Shown here: one piece after another, positions 26,380-37,842 of the stretch
Position numbering within the stretch: the first letter of the stretch is position 1
Layout: every line of letters begins with the position of its first letter
Origin: Octopus sinensis
Lineage: Eukaryota
Length of the DNA: 64,000 nucleotides
Direction: 5' to 3'
Assembly (NCBI RefSeq): GCF_006345805.1
Contig: NC_042999.1
Span: 21,080,001 to 21,144,000 of the forward strand
The notes under the pieces: generated by a model
The model's database searches: none
What the model saw: only the letters and a program-made list of their open reading frames with translations
What the model was told of the DNA's origin: nothing
Program-made: the position numbers and the translations under genes

Positions 26380-27020
26380 CATATACACTCAACAGATAGG
26401 ACTGTTTGTAAAGAAAAGATTCCTAGGGCTACAACAAGTAGACTTAGATGCAAGAAACCCTTCTATTGGGTTACATTAAGTAATCTTAGATGCTAAGAAC
26501 CCTCCTAAGCATCCTAGCTGTCCCTAACAACACTGTTCTCTTGAGCTGTACTTAACTGGATTTTATGCCTATTTCATCTATCTATCTGTTCAGGTCCTGA
26601 GGTTCCAAATGCACCTATAACTACTGCGATACATTTTAGCCATACTTTCCATAGTCTCTGTAATTCAATAGCTGGGTTCTGGTACTTTGCTATTTCCATA
26701 CACCTCACGTATTACTTTTTTCATCATTTGGAAATGTGAAGTCAATTATCTGGCACTTTCTATTCTCTTTTTCTACTACTACTACAAAATGAGGCCTTCT
26801 AACTTTTATTAATCTGTTATTCTGAATGCTAAAGTCCAACAACATCTTGTACATTTTACTTTCTAGTACTTTACTAGTTTCATGTTCATACCATTTATCA
26901 GTATGTTCAAGTCCTAGCTTTATACGTAGCTCCCAGTAGGTTGCTTTCCCTAGATTGTCAGGTATTTTCTTGTATTATTTCTGTACCGGCATGCTGTTTT
27001 CTGCAAGTGGTCAAGCTTTA
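26380..27020 (-). mobile_element. R4/Dong-type RLE relic with 3' UTR and (TAA)n tail
   Basis: DNLGKATYWEL..KLGLEHTDKWYEHE..KVLESKMYKML.DFSIQ; after frameshifts ..TVLLGTARMLRRVLSI*; (TAA)n tail follows on the minus strand. Confidence 0.85.
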
Positions 27021-27107
27021 TTGCAGCCCTTATTTGTTCCATGTACGGGGAAGTAAACACACCAGCATCAGTTGTCAAGCGATGATGGGATGACAAACAT
27101 TATATAT

Positions 27108-27520
27108 AGGCGCAGGAGTGGCTGTGTGGTAAGTAGCTTGCTAACCAACCACATGGTTCCGGGTTCAGTCCCACTGCGTGGCATCTTGGGCAAGTGTCTT
27201 CTGCTATAGCCCCGGGCTGACCAATGCCTTGTGAGTAGATTTGGTAGACGGAAACTGAAAGAAGTCTGTCGTATATATGTATATGTATATATATGTATGT
27301 GTGTGTTTGTGTGTCTGAGTTTGTCCCCCTAGCATTGATTGACAACCGATGCTGGTGTGTTTACGTCCCCGTCACTTAGCGGTTCGGCAAAAGAGACCGA
27401 TAGAATAAGTACTGGGCTTACAAAGAATAAGTCCCGGGGTCGATCTGCTCGACTAAAGGCGGTGCTCCAGCATGGCCGCAGTCAAATGACTGAAACAAGT
27501 AAAAGAGTAAAAGAGAAAAG
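27108..27520 (+). mobile_element. SINE S1, full length
   Basis: Head-to-tail match to the other S1 copies. Confidence 0.93.
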
Positions 27521-27754
27521 AGTAATGTATGTATATGCGTATACATACATATTGATGTATATTTATGTATAATATACATATACGTTTTGCGATGGGTAAA
27601 TTGTCACCATTTTATATATTTGATTTCGCGCATGTGCAGTGTCTGCTTTTTATTTTAGTCGCCTTTACAGTAGTCAGTTCCGCACCGACTGTGAGAAAAA
27701 ACAACACCATGATGCAATGCATGCTGCCAGTGTTACTTATTTAAGGCGCACACG

Positions 27755-28155
27755 TGACTGTTTGGTACGTAGCTTGCTTCCAAACCACATGGTTCTGGCT
27801 TCAGTCCCCTGCATGGTGCCTTGGGCAAGTATCTTTTGTAGCCTCAGACCAACAAAATCCTTGTGAATCGATTTGGTAGACGGAAATTGAAAGAAACCCG
27901 TCGTATATATATATATATATACACACACATGTATATGTTTGTGTGTCTGTGTTTGTCTCTACCCCACCACCATCGCTTGACAACTGAGGTTGGCGTGTTT
28001 ACATCCCCGTAACATTAGCGGTTCGGCAAAAGAGACCGATAGAATATGTACTGGGCTTACAAACAATAAGTCCTGGTGTTGATTTCTTTGACTAAAGTCG
28101 GTGCTCCAGCATGGCTGTTGTCAAATGACTGAAGCAAATAAGAAGAGAATAAAAG
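27755..28155 (+). mobile_element. SINE S1, diverged
   Basis: Head-to-tail match with many substitutions. Confidence 0.88.
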
Positions 28156-28699
28156 AATATGCATATTTAGACACACGCACGAGGAGAGAGATGGAGGAAG
28201 AGAGAAGGTAAGTGGAGAAAGGGAGAGAGAGAAAAATGTATACATACCTACATATATAAATACGAAGATGAGTATCAGTCACTAGAAGCTTGTAAATGAT
28301 AAACCAAGGAGGTGATAAAAATAGAAATATTATATGAAACCAAACACGCGGAAGACATTTCTGAAAATGTGTTGAATTATGAAGCGAAATATCAACAATA
28401 GAAATGGAGTAGAAAGACTATAAACACAGTTATGGAAATATCAGAAGAGCATCTGATGTTGGGGCGAATATATTATATGATAGGGAAGGAGCAGAAATAA
28501 CAGAAACAAGAGACTGTTCCCGTGCTTAAAATCATATACTCACACAGCAAATTATATATATTGTTTGTTTGTGTATGTATATATACACACGTCCGTATAG
28601 TACATTCTTTACTATGCATGCACGCACACATAAGATATTTACGGTATCTATCCTGCTTTGTGAATGCGGGTCTTTCTGTTTTTGTCTCGTTTTGCCATT

Positions 28700-30220
28700 T
28701 GACAATATACAATCCTTGGTATTCTCACAGCTTTGTAAATATAGAAAAACGTCTTATCCGCAGCCGTTGAGATTTTCCGGTTCTTTAAATTCGAGTTTAG
28801 CGTGTTTCTATCCATCGGGTGTTGTTTCTTTCTCTCTTATTAGATCGATAAAGATTATTTGTTAGCAACCTGCTTGTACCTGTTAAAATTTTCTAACAGA
28901 AATCTGTAACTTTATCAATTTTTGTTATTCTATATTTCTCCATGTTCTTATTGCACCTAAGTAATATATCCTGTTACATCTTGGCGCATTAGTTTTCATG
29001 TGCTACACTTCCATTCTGTCCATACTATCCTTCGAATGCATTTATTCTACTTCCCTTGATGCGTTTAGTGCATTAAAACAGATTTATTTTCAACTTGTTA
29101 TTGTTATAAAAGGTATTTCAACCGTGTTTCGTGGTCTGCTAACACAACAGCTCCTTTATAGGATCCAGTTAGCTCAAGACATCATCAGGAGGAACCAAGC
29201 CCGGTTTCGGCCCCTACTCCTCTACTGTTTTGACGTGGTGGGGCTCCTCCTTTCGGATGTGTTTTCAGCTCTGGTGTTGGGTGCATGTCTTCGTTCTTTC
29301 TTCTGTTCCTTGGCCTCTTCGATGTAGCGTCAACGAGTGTCAGCGGCGACTGACTGTCTTGTCAAAGTTTTTCCTTCAAATACCTGCTACTAGTAGAAAT
29401 CAGAGTATTGCCTTTGTTTTAAAATCGTTGCTGCTTTTCATAGGGCCGAATCATTTGTAATGTCGCGAGCGACACTTCTTTTACTCGTGTTTTTTTTTTA
29501 TAACAACATGTTTCTCTTTCCTGTTAGTAGCACTCTAAGTATTTCTTTTCTTCACATTGTGTCATATCTGTATATTAAATTTTATTTTTATGTTTCCCTA
29601 AGTATTTGGGAAGGTATGTTTACATTATCCAGTTCACGACGGTAAGGTGTGTCTCTTTTATTCATCTGGCTTGCTTTTATTATTTTTAAAATGTCCTATT
29701 GATATCATTGTCATTTTGATACTTTCCTCGTTTAGACCTTTATAATCTGAAATATTTCTTGCATAAATTTTGAGTCATTGTTCCCCGTTTTTTAGATGTA
29801 TCCATAGGTTTCTTATTTTTGCATCTTAACTGAAAAGCAACCAACTTTACAGAATCACTTGCGCTGCACAAACTGCTTAAATCATTTCTTCAGGCTTTAC
29901 ATTCAGATACCAAATTTTCCTGGAGGTCAGATTCTCTTTTTATCCTTTGTGTTTGAGGATTGGGGTTGATGTGATCGACGAACAGCCACAAATTCCCCAC
30001 CTTGTAGCTATAGTGGAAAGAGGTCGATGATGGGGATACCATAAAAGGGGCTTGTCTCTCGTGTCAGTTTGCAGCGTCTGCCTTCTCTGTTGCTGAAAGG
30101 AGGTAAACACTCCGAAATGCATGCGATACGAACTAACTGGATGTGCTTCTACCTATCTGCCTACAGAATGAAATTTTCCCCATGACAAATTACTCTCAAT
30201 GCCTTTGTTAGAGTTTCCAC
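28700..30220 (-). mobile_element. Probable highly degraded non-LTR retrotransposon segment
   Basis: Purine-rich, coding-like minus strand between repeats; no motif I can assign firmly. Confidence 0.25.
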
Positions 30221-30257
30221 TATGCCTCAGGCATATTTGAACTTCATATATATATAT

Positions 30258-30331
<74 letters not shown>

Positions 30332-30332
<1 letters not shown>

Positions 30333-30545
30333 TTTTACTCGTTCCAGTCATTTGACAGCGGCCAAGCTGGAGTACCGCCTTTCGCCAAACTCATCGACTC
30401 CAGGACTTATTTTTGTAAGTCCAGTTCTTATTCTATCGGCTCTTCTGCCAAACCGCTGTCACGAAGAAGTAAACATACCAACATCGGTTTTCAAGCGGTG
30501 GTGGGTGATAAACGCAGACACACAAACATATACATACACACACAT
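30332..30545 (-). mobile_element. SINE S1 3' half
   Basis: Reverse complement of the S1 tail region. Confidence 0.85.
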
Positions 30546-30559
30546 TATATATATATCAT

Positions 30560-30703
30560 AACTTAGCGGTTCGGCAAAAGAGACCGATAAAATAAGTACT
30601 AGGCTTACAAAGAATAGGTCCTGGGGTCGATTTGCTCGACTAATGGCGGTGCTCCAGCATGGCCGCAGTCAAATGACTGAAACAAATAAAAGAGTAAAAG
30701 AGT
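30560..30703 (+). mobile_element. SINE S1 3' part
   Basis: AACTTAGCGGTTCGGC...AAAAGAGTAAAAGAG. Confidence 0.88.
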
Positions 30704-30719
30704 ATATATATTCTTTGTT

Positions 30720-30855
30720 TTAGTTTTTTCTTTCTTTCTGTGTTCCTTCCTTTGGAAGACCGTAGGCTCGAAACGTTAAAGATATTTTCCCTTCCCTAGC
30801 GTTAAACTAATACATCTGTTTGTTGTCTACACCACCTGTCTTCGTCTTTTTTTGT
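30720..30855 (+). mobile_element. Family H2 repeat, copy C
   Basis: Core TTTGGA-a-GACC-gtag-GCTC-GAAA-cgt-t-aaag at 30745-30781. Confidence 0.7.
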
Positions 30856-30863
30856 AAATTTTG

Positions 30864-30899
<36 letters not shown>

Positions 30900-30901
<2 letters not shown>

Positions 30902-31062
30902 GACGAGCTTCCTTCAGTTTCTGTCAACCGAATCCACTCACAAGGCTTTGGTCGACTCGAGGCTATAGAAGAAGACACTGTGGCAACGTGCTATGCAGTA
31001 GGTCTGAACTCGCAATCATGTGGTTGGGAAGCAAGCTTCTCACCACACAGCCTCCCCTGCGC
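30900..31062 (-). mobile_element. SINE S1 5' part
   Basis: Reverse complement of the S1 head. Confidence 0.85.
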
Positions 31063-31118
<56 letters not shown>

Positions 31119-31797
31119 CAACATATGTGGTTGTATTCCTAGTTCATGTGGTTGTATTCCTAGTTCTTATTAAACATAATCTTTTGTTGGTGTATTTGAA
31201 AAGCTAATATTTCTGTTTTGTCATTTATTAATTTTCCTCGATTTTATGCATCAATCTGCTACTTCATTTATTGTCCAGCTGAGTGTATGGTAACAGTAAC
31301 ATATAACTTCTCAAGTATAACTAATAATTGTTGAAAAAAATTTGTGGCTATTAATTCCAATATCCACATGAGAACAACATTGACAATAAGCCATCTGATT
31401 TTTAATCCCTACATTACTAACTTCTTTATTTTTCTTCCTAGATTTCGGTGAATATTGTGTTCAGTAATAGATCTTTACAGCCGTATAAGCGTTAGCATCA
31501 GCCTTTTCGCTCTTATGATAACAGATGTTGTTATTCTCGTTATATGTCTATTCCTTCAAGGCAATATTATTGTTAAGACCATGTAAGCTGTAAGCGTATA
31601 GATTATAGCTTCGTAGGTATTAATGTTGTGTCTTTAGACCCGAGGATTAATAATGTGTTCCTCTCTCCGATATTCTGATGTGTTTCCGTATTTTATTAAT
31701 CATTTTTATTATAAACTAATGCTTCCCTACTAAATAGTTTAGCCAAAAGTTTGGGATCTTATATCTTGAGAACTTACAGTTATATTTTTATTTGTAG

Positions 31798-32031
31798 CTT
31801 CAAGGCTGCTTTCAGTATCGTTAAGGCCTGCTACTACTGTTGACGTGATGTATTCGTTGTTTCCAACGATCTTCTCCGTTGATCACTTATTGATCCCGAT
31901 GCTCCTTCAAGGAATACGCCTACTTTTGTAATTAGGTCTGCATTGATTTTATATCGGTTTTCAGTTGAAGGTATTAACTCCATTTCCTTCACAGTTTGCT
32001 GTCGCCTATCCTGCTACTGTATTCACGGAAT
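31798..32031 (+). pseudogene. MTHFSD-like middle exon relics
   Basis: Acceptor tttatttgtag at 31797; AC..RDVF, IDPDAP (31892), +1 T, QGIRLL; then cag|LKVLTPFPSQFAVAYPATVFTE|gtaagt (31965-32031). In-frame TGA at 31841 and 31880. Confidence 0.5.
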
Positions 32032-32510
32032 GTAAGTAAGCACCTCTCATTTCAGAAGCGTTTTGATTTCAAATTTGTTATGTTATGCGAATGAAATTTT
32101 GTTTTGCTTGTGCGAGGCATTTTTTCATCAACAAATAGCTTTTACGTCATTTGTATACTCATATTTTGCTACGTGATGCATGTGGTTTCAGTGGTGGATG
32201 ATTGAATGCTACTGAAGAGAGGAAATGATTGCAAAATATGATGTGTGTCATCTTTCATTTCCGAGACGATTTCGTTTCGCCTAGCTTTTACGTGTTGTGT
32301 TTTTAAACACAATACATCATTGAAGATATCTACGAAGTAACTCAGATTCACGGTGTTTAACTCGAACATACATTATGTCATATTGATAATCGTTACATTT
32401 ACGGTGCTTCAATAAAAAAAATAAGCCTACAATAGAGTATTATACGTAACACATACCCTTTTTGTGAAAATGTTCCCTTACTCTTATTTGTCGTTTATAT
32501 AGTTCAAGGT

Positions 32511-32758
32511 GGAGGCGGGTAGCTTAGTGGTTAGGGTGTCAGCATCATGATCGTAAGATTGTGGTTTCGATTCCTGGACCGGGTGATGCGTTGTGTCTTG
32601 AGCAAAACACTTCATTTCACGTTGCTCCAGTCCACTCAGCTGGCAAAAATGAGTAACGCTGCCATGGACTGGCGTCCTGTCCAGCTGGAGGGAACACATA
32701 CGCCATTGAAACCGGGAAACCGGTCCCATGAGCCTGGCTAGGCTTCAAAACTGCGCAT
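32511..32758 (+). mobile_element. tRNA-derived SINE family S3 (short form)
   Basis: A box TAGCTTAGTGG, B box GTTTCGATTCC; tail CCCATGAGCCTGGCTAGGC; homologues at 37.1 and 55.1 kb. Confidence 0.88.
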
Positions 32759-33776
32759 TTATGTTATTTATATAGTTCAAGGGACAGGACAGGAAACGTG
32801 TGGGATGGGGAGTCGCTGAAAAAGTCACATGATGAATGACGAAAGATTTCCCCAAAAAATGGTCATAAAATAAAATAATAAAGAAGTGAAGTACATATCG
32901 ACCCCACTGTTTAACTGGTACTTACTCTATCGAACTTGGGAAGATGAAACGCAATGTCAACCTTGGCAGCATTTGATCTGATAACGTAAAGACGACTAAA
33001 ATGACACTGGAGCGACCGACATGATTTTATGCATACCTTTTAATTATATTCATTCATTATCAATTGGGCTCCACTTACTTTCGTTCTTCGCACTCGGCAT
33101 ATTTTAATTTCAAATAATATTACGTTGATAGTTTCTCCATTTGATGTGAAGGAATGGAAATATATGTAGTAGTACAGACTCACTCGCTCCAGTTTTTAAT
33201 TAAAATATACGAACAGCTCGATTTAATCACCATGCAGTCTGGACAAGCAGTTCCCACGTGATTGTGGAGAAGACGATATCTATCACTTTTGTAGCATTTC
33301 TATGCTATTTTCTATGCATTTTAATGTAGAGATATCATCATGTTACCCAGTGATATTATATACTATTTTCTATGTATATATTCAGACTTGTTAAGAAATA
33401 ACCTATGAAAAAGGATAAAGTCATTTGTCGTATGGGTGTGATTGAATGATCTGCATTTTAATTTGCTATCAGTTTTAAATTATATCGATCAGAGTTCACA
33501 GTCACTGTAACATTAACTTATATAGTTTTATCCATGTTAAGAATCGCCGGTTTCTCAGATGCATATAGATCAAGACGATTGCTAAAACATTAGTATAAGA
33601 AATTTAATACTTGCGCCAAATTATACGAACATAGCGCCTAAAAAAGTAACAATTTCTGAAGAAATTTCATGCTGCCGACATAGTTCTTATTCTTCACAGA
33701 AATTTTATGAATTTAGACTTCGTCTATGAAGTGAAAGTAAAGCTAACCTTGTTAACATGTGACAATTGTTCTTAAG

Positions 33777-33836
<60 letters not shown>

Positions 33837-33907
33837 TTTACGTTCTTTACACTGTTTTACTTTTAGTAAACGTACAAATGTGCTAGGTGATATGTATATT
33901 TTCACAG

Positions 33908-33975
33908 CGATAGTGCTCTTCTCGGTACATGAGCCGTTCCAGTTAACACGATTTTTTGCACTTCCTGTAGGGATG
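33908..33975 (+). pseudogene. 68-nt exon-like segment continuing the MTHFSD-like frame
   Basis: ttttcacag|...gggatg|gtaagc; splices in frame onto 32031 to give ...TE-S-IVLFSVHEPFQLTRFFALPVGM. Confidence 0.5.
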
Positions 33976-34235
33976 GTAAGCCTGGAATCATTTTCAAATA
34001 GGTTTCAGTACCTTTTTTATCATTCCTAGAGATCCTACAATCACTGGTACTGTAGTCGCCTTGAGATGCCACATTTTTTCAATTTCTATTAGCAGGTCTT
34101 TATATTTACTAATCTTGTCAAATTCTTTCGCCGCTATATTGTGATATTATTATTATTATTATTATTATTATTATCAGCTAACATTCTTTATTTCCACTGA
34201 TTTCCTTGCATTTTAGTGCAAATATGTAAACATGG

Positions 34236-34356
34236 TTTATTATACACGGGAATTATTATTACATGATGACGGATCCGAAACGGCCGTACTCCTACGGATG
34301 AGAAGTGGTTAAATAAATATACCACCTTTCATACCGACCGGTTTTTATTATACACG
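34236..34356 (+). ncRNA. Mini element with hammerhead-like core between 13-bp direct repeats (H3)
   Basis: ATGATGA-c-GGATCC-GAAA-CGGCCG-TA at 34263-34288; TTTATTATACACG at 34236 and 34344. Stem I partner not evident. Confidence 0.4.
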
Positions 34357-34490
34357 CACAAATGCACACATATAAAACTTATCTGTAATAGTTCAAAAGG
34401 AATCTAAGTTCAAATATATATAAATACTTCGATATTTACAGAAATACCTTGAGTCTAAGCACAATGTAATAAGAGGGAGTATATTTCAAG

Positions 34491-34720
34491 CTGGGAAGAT
34501 CAATAACTGACATTGTAACGTAAACGATCACGGAAGCTAGTGAGTTTTCACGCAGGTGAAAATGGAACATATTTGTGGAATGTGATGGGAAGTACCGATA
34601 TATCAATATCGGATGCTCCACGAGAGCACTTCCGGAGTCCACTTTTATGAGAAGCGATGAAGCATGAATACGCGTTTGATATAAAAAGAGTTTATGCAAT
34701 TTGCAGAGCTCGAGTGATAT
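34491..34720 (+). pseudogene. MTHFSD-like relic (DLV...SEKG...GYADLEY region)
   Basis: SITDIVT*TITEA, 16-nt GT-AG segment, SENGTYL...GSTDI, +1 T, QYRML; further KHEYAFDI and RVI. Confidence 0.45.
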
Positions 34721-34899
34721 AGATTTAATGTGTGGGTGTAAAAACAAATATATTATGCATGCATATTTTAATTTTATAGAACAGATAAGAGAAGGGAGGG
34801 GAAAGAGTAAATGTTTATTCTATTCGTTTACACCCGTTTCATAATATCAGTTATATAATACCTATCACATTAACGTTAATATATTTATAAAGTGAATAA

Positions 34900-35670
34900 C
34901 AATAATAATAAAAGAACAAATCGTTAAAAATGTTATCAATGGCCAGGAAATAAAATAGACCTATTCAGGTAAATTCATATTTAGAGATTTATAATACTAT
35001 GAAACAATTATTATTAATGGCATAAAAGAGACTATAGCTATGCTGAAATTAGACGCTAAATCGTCGGACTACACTAAATCATCACTTTAAAAAAAAAACA
35101 AATGTTGAAAGTGAGGGAGTAGGCAGACAAATTATGAAATAATTCACATAGACCTGGGTTGATCAATTTCTGGATTAGTTTAATGACTTCCTTCATCAGC
35201 AAAGCATACTGAAGGATATGAGACATTTATACATGCCTACAGAAAAGCAAGCACAAAGCTACGATTACATATAAATACCACAGACATATTCACATCCAAT
35301 TTCGTTGTCTAACTCAACATGTATGTATTTGGTCAGAGTAGTACGAGAATGACCAAACTGCCCCGAAGTCAATGGGAAAATTCAAATATAATAATAAAGG
35401 ATAAAATCTTCAAAACTTTTATCAGTGGCCACCATATAAAATATACCTATTAAGGTGAATTCACATAGAGAGATTTACAGCAGTATAAATTACAATAACA
35501 ATTGAGGGCACAGAGTGTAGTATGCCTATATGCTGAAAGTAGATGCTAAATCGTATTATAAAGTGATGATTGAAAGTGGTTCGAGGATTTAGCGTCTACT
35601 TTCAGCATATAGGCGTGGTATAATATGTGCCCTTAATTATAATGATCTTTTATGCTATTGTAAATCTCTC
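34900..35670. repeat. Foldback-type structure: ~165-bp module twice direct (34900-35064, 35388-35553) plus inverted partial copy (35586-35670)
   Basis: GCCTATATGCTGAAAGTAGATGCTAAATC (35524-35552) pairs with 35586-35614 with one mismatch. Confidence 0.75.
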
Positions 35671-35682
35671 TCTCTCTCTCTC

Positions 35683-35741
<59 letters not shown>

Positions 35742-35751
<10 letters not shown>

Positions 35752-35939
35752 TAAAAATCAAAAGACAGGTGGTGTAGACAACAAACAGATGTATTAGTTT
35801 AACGCTCGGCAGGTGAAAAAGTCTTTCACGTTTCGAGCCTACGCTCTTCCACAGAAAGGAACAGAAAGAAACAAGGAGAAAAAATTTTTTTAATGTGTAG
35901 TGGCTAGCGATCTATCATGGTGAATGCCGGACAGTGGGG
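35742..35939 (-). mobile_element. Family H2 repeat, copy D
   Basis: Minus-strand core cttt-CTGTGGA-a-GAGC-gtag-GCTC-GAAA-cgt-g-aaag (35823-35858). Confidence 0.75.
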
Positions 35940-36039
35940 TCATACATATATTTATGTCCATGTGTATGTGTTTACATACTATAAGCGCTTGAGGAATTTC
36001 TTTACATAGTGAAGGCCATGGCCAAAATGGGATGCTTCA

Positions 36040-36395
36040 TATATATGACAACGATATTTATTCCAAATTTATCAATTTATGGCATTTTACGGAGCTGCAG
36101 ATGATTCTATATTTCATTTCAAAATTTTCAATTCATTTAAACTTTAGATACTATCTATACGATATTTTGATGAATTTAGTTAATGTAATTCATTATAAAC
36201 TTATAATTTATTACCACCTCGTTCTTGTTAATAATGAAATTATGAGAAGCCTATGTTGTAAGGTAACAATTTTAAATTAAATACTGGTATGTCATCAAAT
36301 AGATTGCCTGAAAGGACTTCTAAAATCAACACAAATTAATGCATTTTTCAAATATATCTGCGCACCATTCCTTGTTTTAGTCAAGAGAAACTGAA
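36040..36395 (+). pseudogene. Weak MTHFSD-like C-terminal relic
   Basis: DIYSKFINLWHF...IL~DIPEELVEEHD...IL; NTGMSSNRLPE(+1)GLL~TGCKRPKPMGI; LRTIPCF~MEKIPIL. Confidence 0.35.
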
Positions 36396-37068
36396 CACTG
36401 GTAACTTTGATGGACCTTAGACAAAATAATATATAGAAAATATGAAATATTTAATTATTTAATTAAAGATTTTGAAAAGATATTTAGTTGTGGGCAACAA
36501 CAAATATATGGAAGTCTTATAAAGAAGTCATCTTTATTTCTTTCCAGAATCTAATATGTAATCAAAGTAGTATAGTGCTTATCTTAATCGTGATATTTAC
36601 TTGGTACTTGATATATTTTACAGTTTTATTGTTTTCGTCTTCAATAGATAGAAGTGAATTGAACACGGCAAACTGCACCAGTTCTAGTCATATCAAAATT
36701 TCATACGGAACATATTGCTAAAAGTTTCTAAAATATTTTAAACATGAATCGGAAATCTACGACGAAAATTTGCGGTTAAAAACGTATCCTAGTGTAATAA
36801 GTAAACAAATGAATATGTAACACTTGAGATATTGATAGAAATGTTATATATCATAAACTCTGTGTGATGGAAATTGTTTAAGACTCTCAAAAGTGTTTCC
36901 AAGTCTTCATGTGAATCGGAAGCCATTGGGTACGTCTAAAATATGTACGGAATAACCAACTTAAACATCGATCTTGCCTGTGTGTGTGATTGTGTTAGTC
37001 TGTTTGTGCACGTGGCGATGTGCAAGAAATTTAACGCATTTATATACACATTGTATATGTGTACAAGT

Positions 37069-37370
37069 GGAGGCGCAATGGTCCAGTGGTTAGGGCAGCA
37101 GACTCGCGGTCGAAGGATCGCGGTTTCGATTCCCAGACCGGGCGTTGTGTGTGTTTATTAGGCGAAAACACCTAAAGCTCAACACCGATCCGGCAGGGGG
37201 TTGTGGTGACCCCTGTTGTACTCTTTCACCCCAACTTTCTCTCACTCTTTCTTCCTGTTTCTTGAGTAACGCTGCGATGGAGTGGCGTCTCGTCCAGCTA
37301 GAGCGGAACATACGCCACAGAAACCGGAAACCGGGCCCATGAGCCTGGCTAAGCTTGAAAAAGGCGCATT
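37069..37370 (+). mobile_element. SINE S3 variant with extra central module
   Basis: S3 head and tail plus an insert shared with 41955-42459. Confidence 0.85.
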
Positions 37371-37449
37371 AGTGAAAAAAATGTGTGTACATGAAATTTT
37401 ATAATTTATTGTAATGATGCACGTACAATTATTTGGGTTACCGCTTTGA

Positions 37450-37842
37450 CTCTTTCACTTGTTTCAGTCATTTGACTGCGGCTATGCTGGAGCACCACCT
37501 TTAGTTGAATAAATCAACCCCAGGACTTATTCGTTATAAGCCAAGTACTTATTCTACCGGCTTTTTTTTTTTGCTGAGCCGCTAAGTGACGGGGACTTAA
37601 ACACACGAACATCTGTTGTCAAAGGATGGTGGTCCGACAAAGACAAACAGCAAACACATACATACATGTAAATGTTTACGATAGGCTTCTTTCAGTTTCC
37701 ATCTACCAAATTCACTTCCAAAGCTCTGGTCGGCCTGAAGATATAGTAGAAGACACTTGTCCAAGGTGCCACGCAGTGGGACTGAACCCGGAACCATGTG
37801 GTTAGGAAACAAGCTTCTTACCACACAGCCACTCCTACGCCT
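37450..37842 (-). mobile_element. SINE S1
   Basis: Reverse complement, head to tail. Confidence 0.9.

Larger units (their letters stand above)
2528..36395 (+). pseudogene. MTHFSD: Fragmented MTHFSD-like (5-formyl-THF cyclo-ligase domain) unprocessed pseudogene candidate; exon relics at about 2.5-2.7, 31.8-32.0, 33.9, 34.5-34.7 and 36.0-36.4 kb
   Basis: Collinear motifs vs remembered MTHFSD: VTKLQIRKHIWKDM~VSKQDIREQIWGYM; HFK~NFK; DPDAP/QGIRLL~DPDKPLEGVRLL; KVLTPFP~KTLLVPTP; LPVGM~VPIGL; DIV...SENG~DLV...SEKG; G..DI/QYRML~GYADLEYAMM; TG...PEGLL~TG...PMGI; TIP~KIP. Frameshifts and stops between motifs. Confidence 0.55.
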
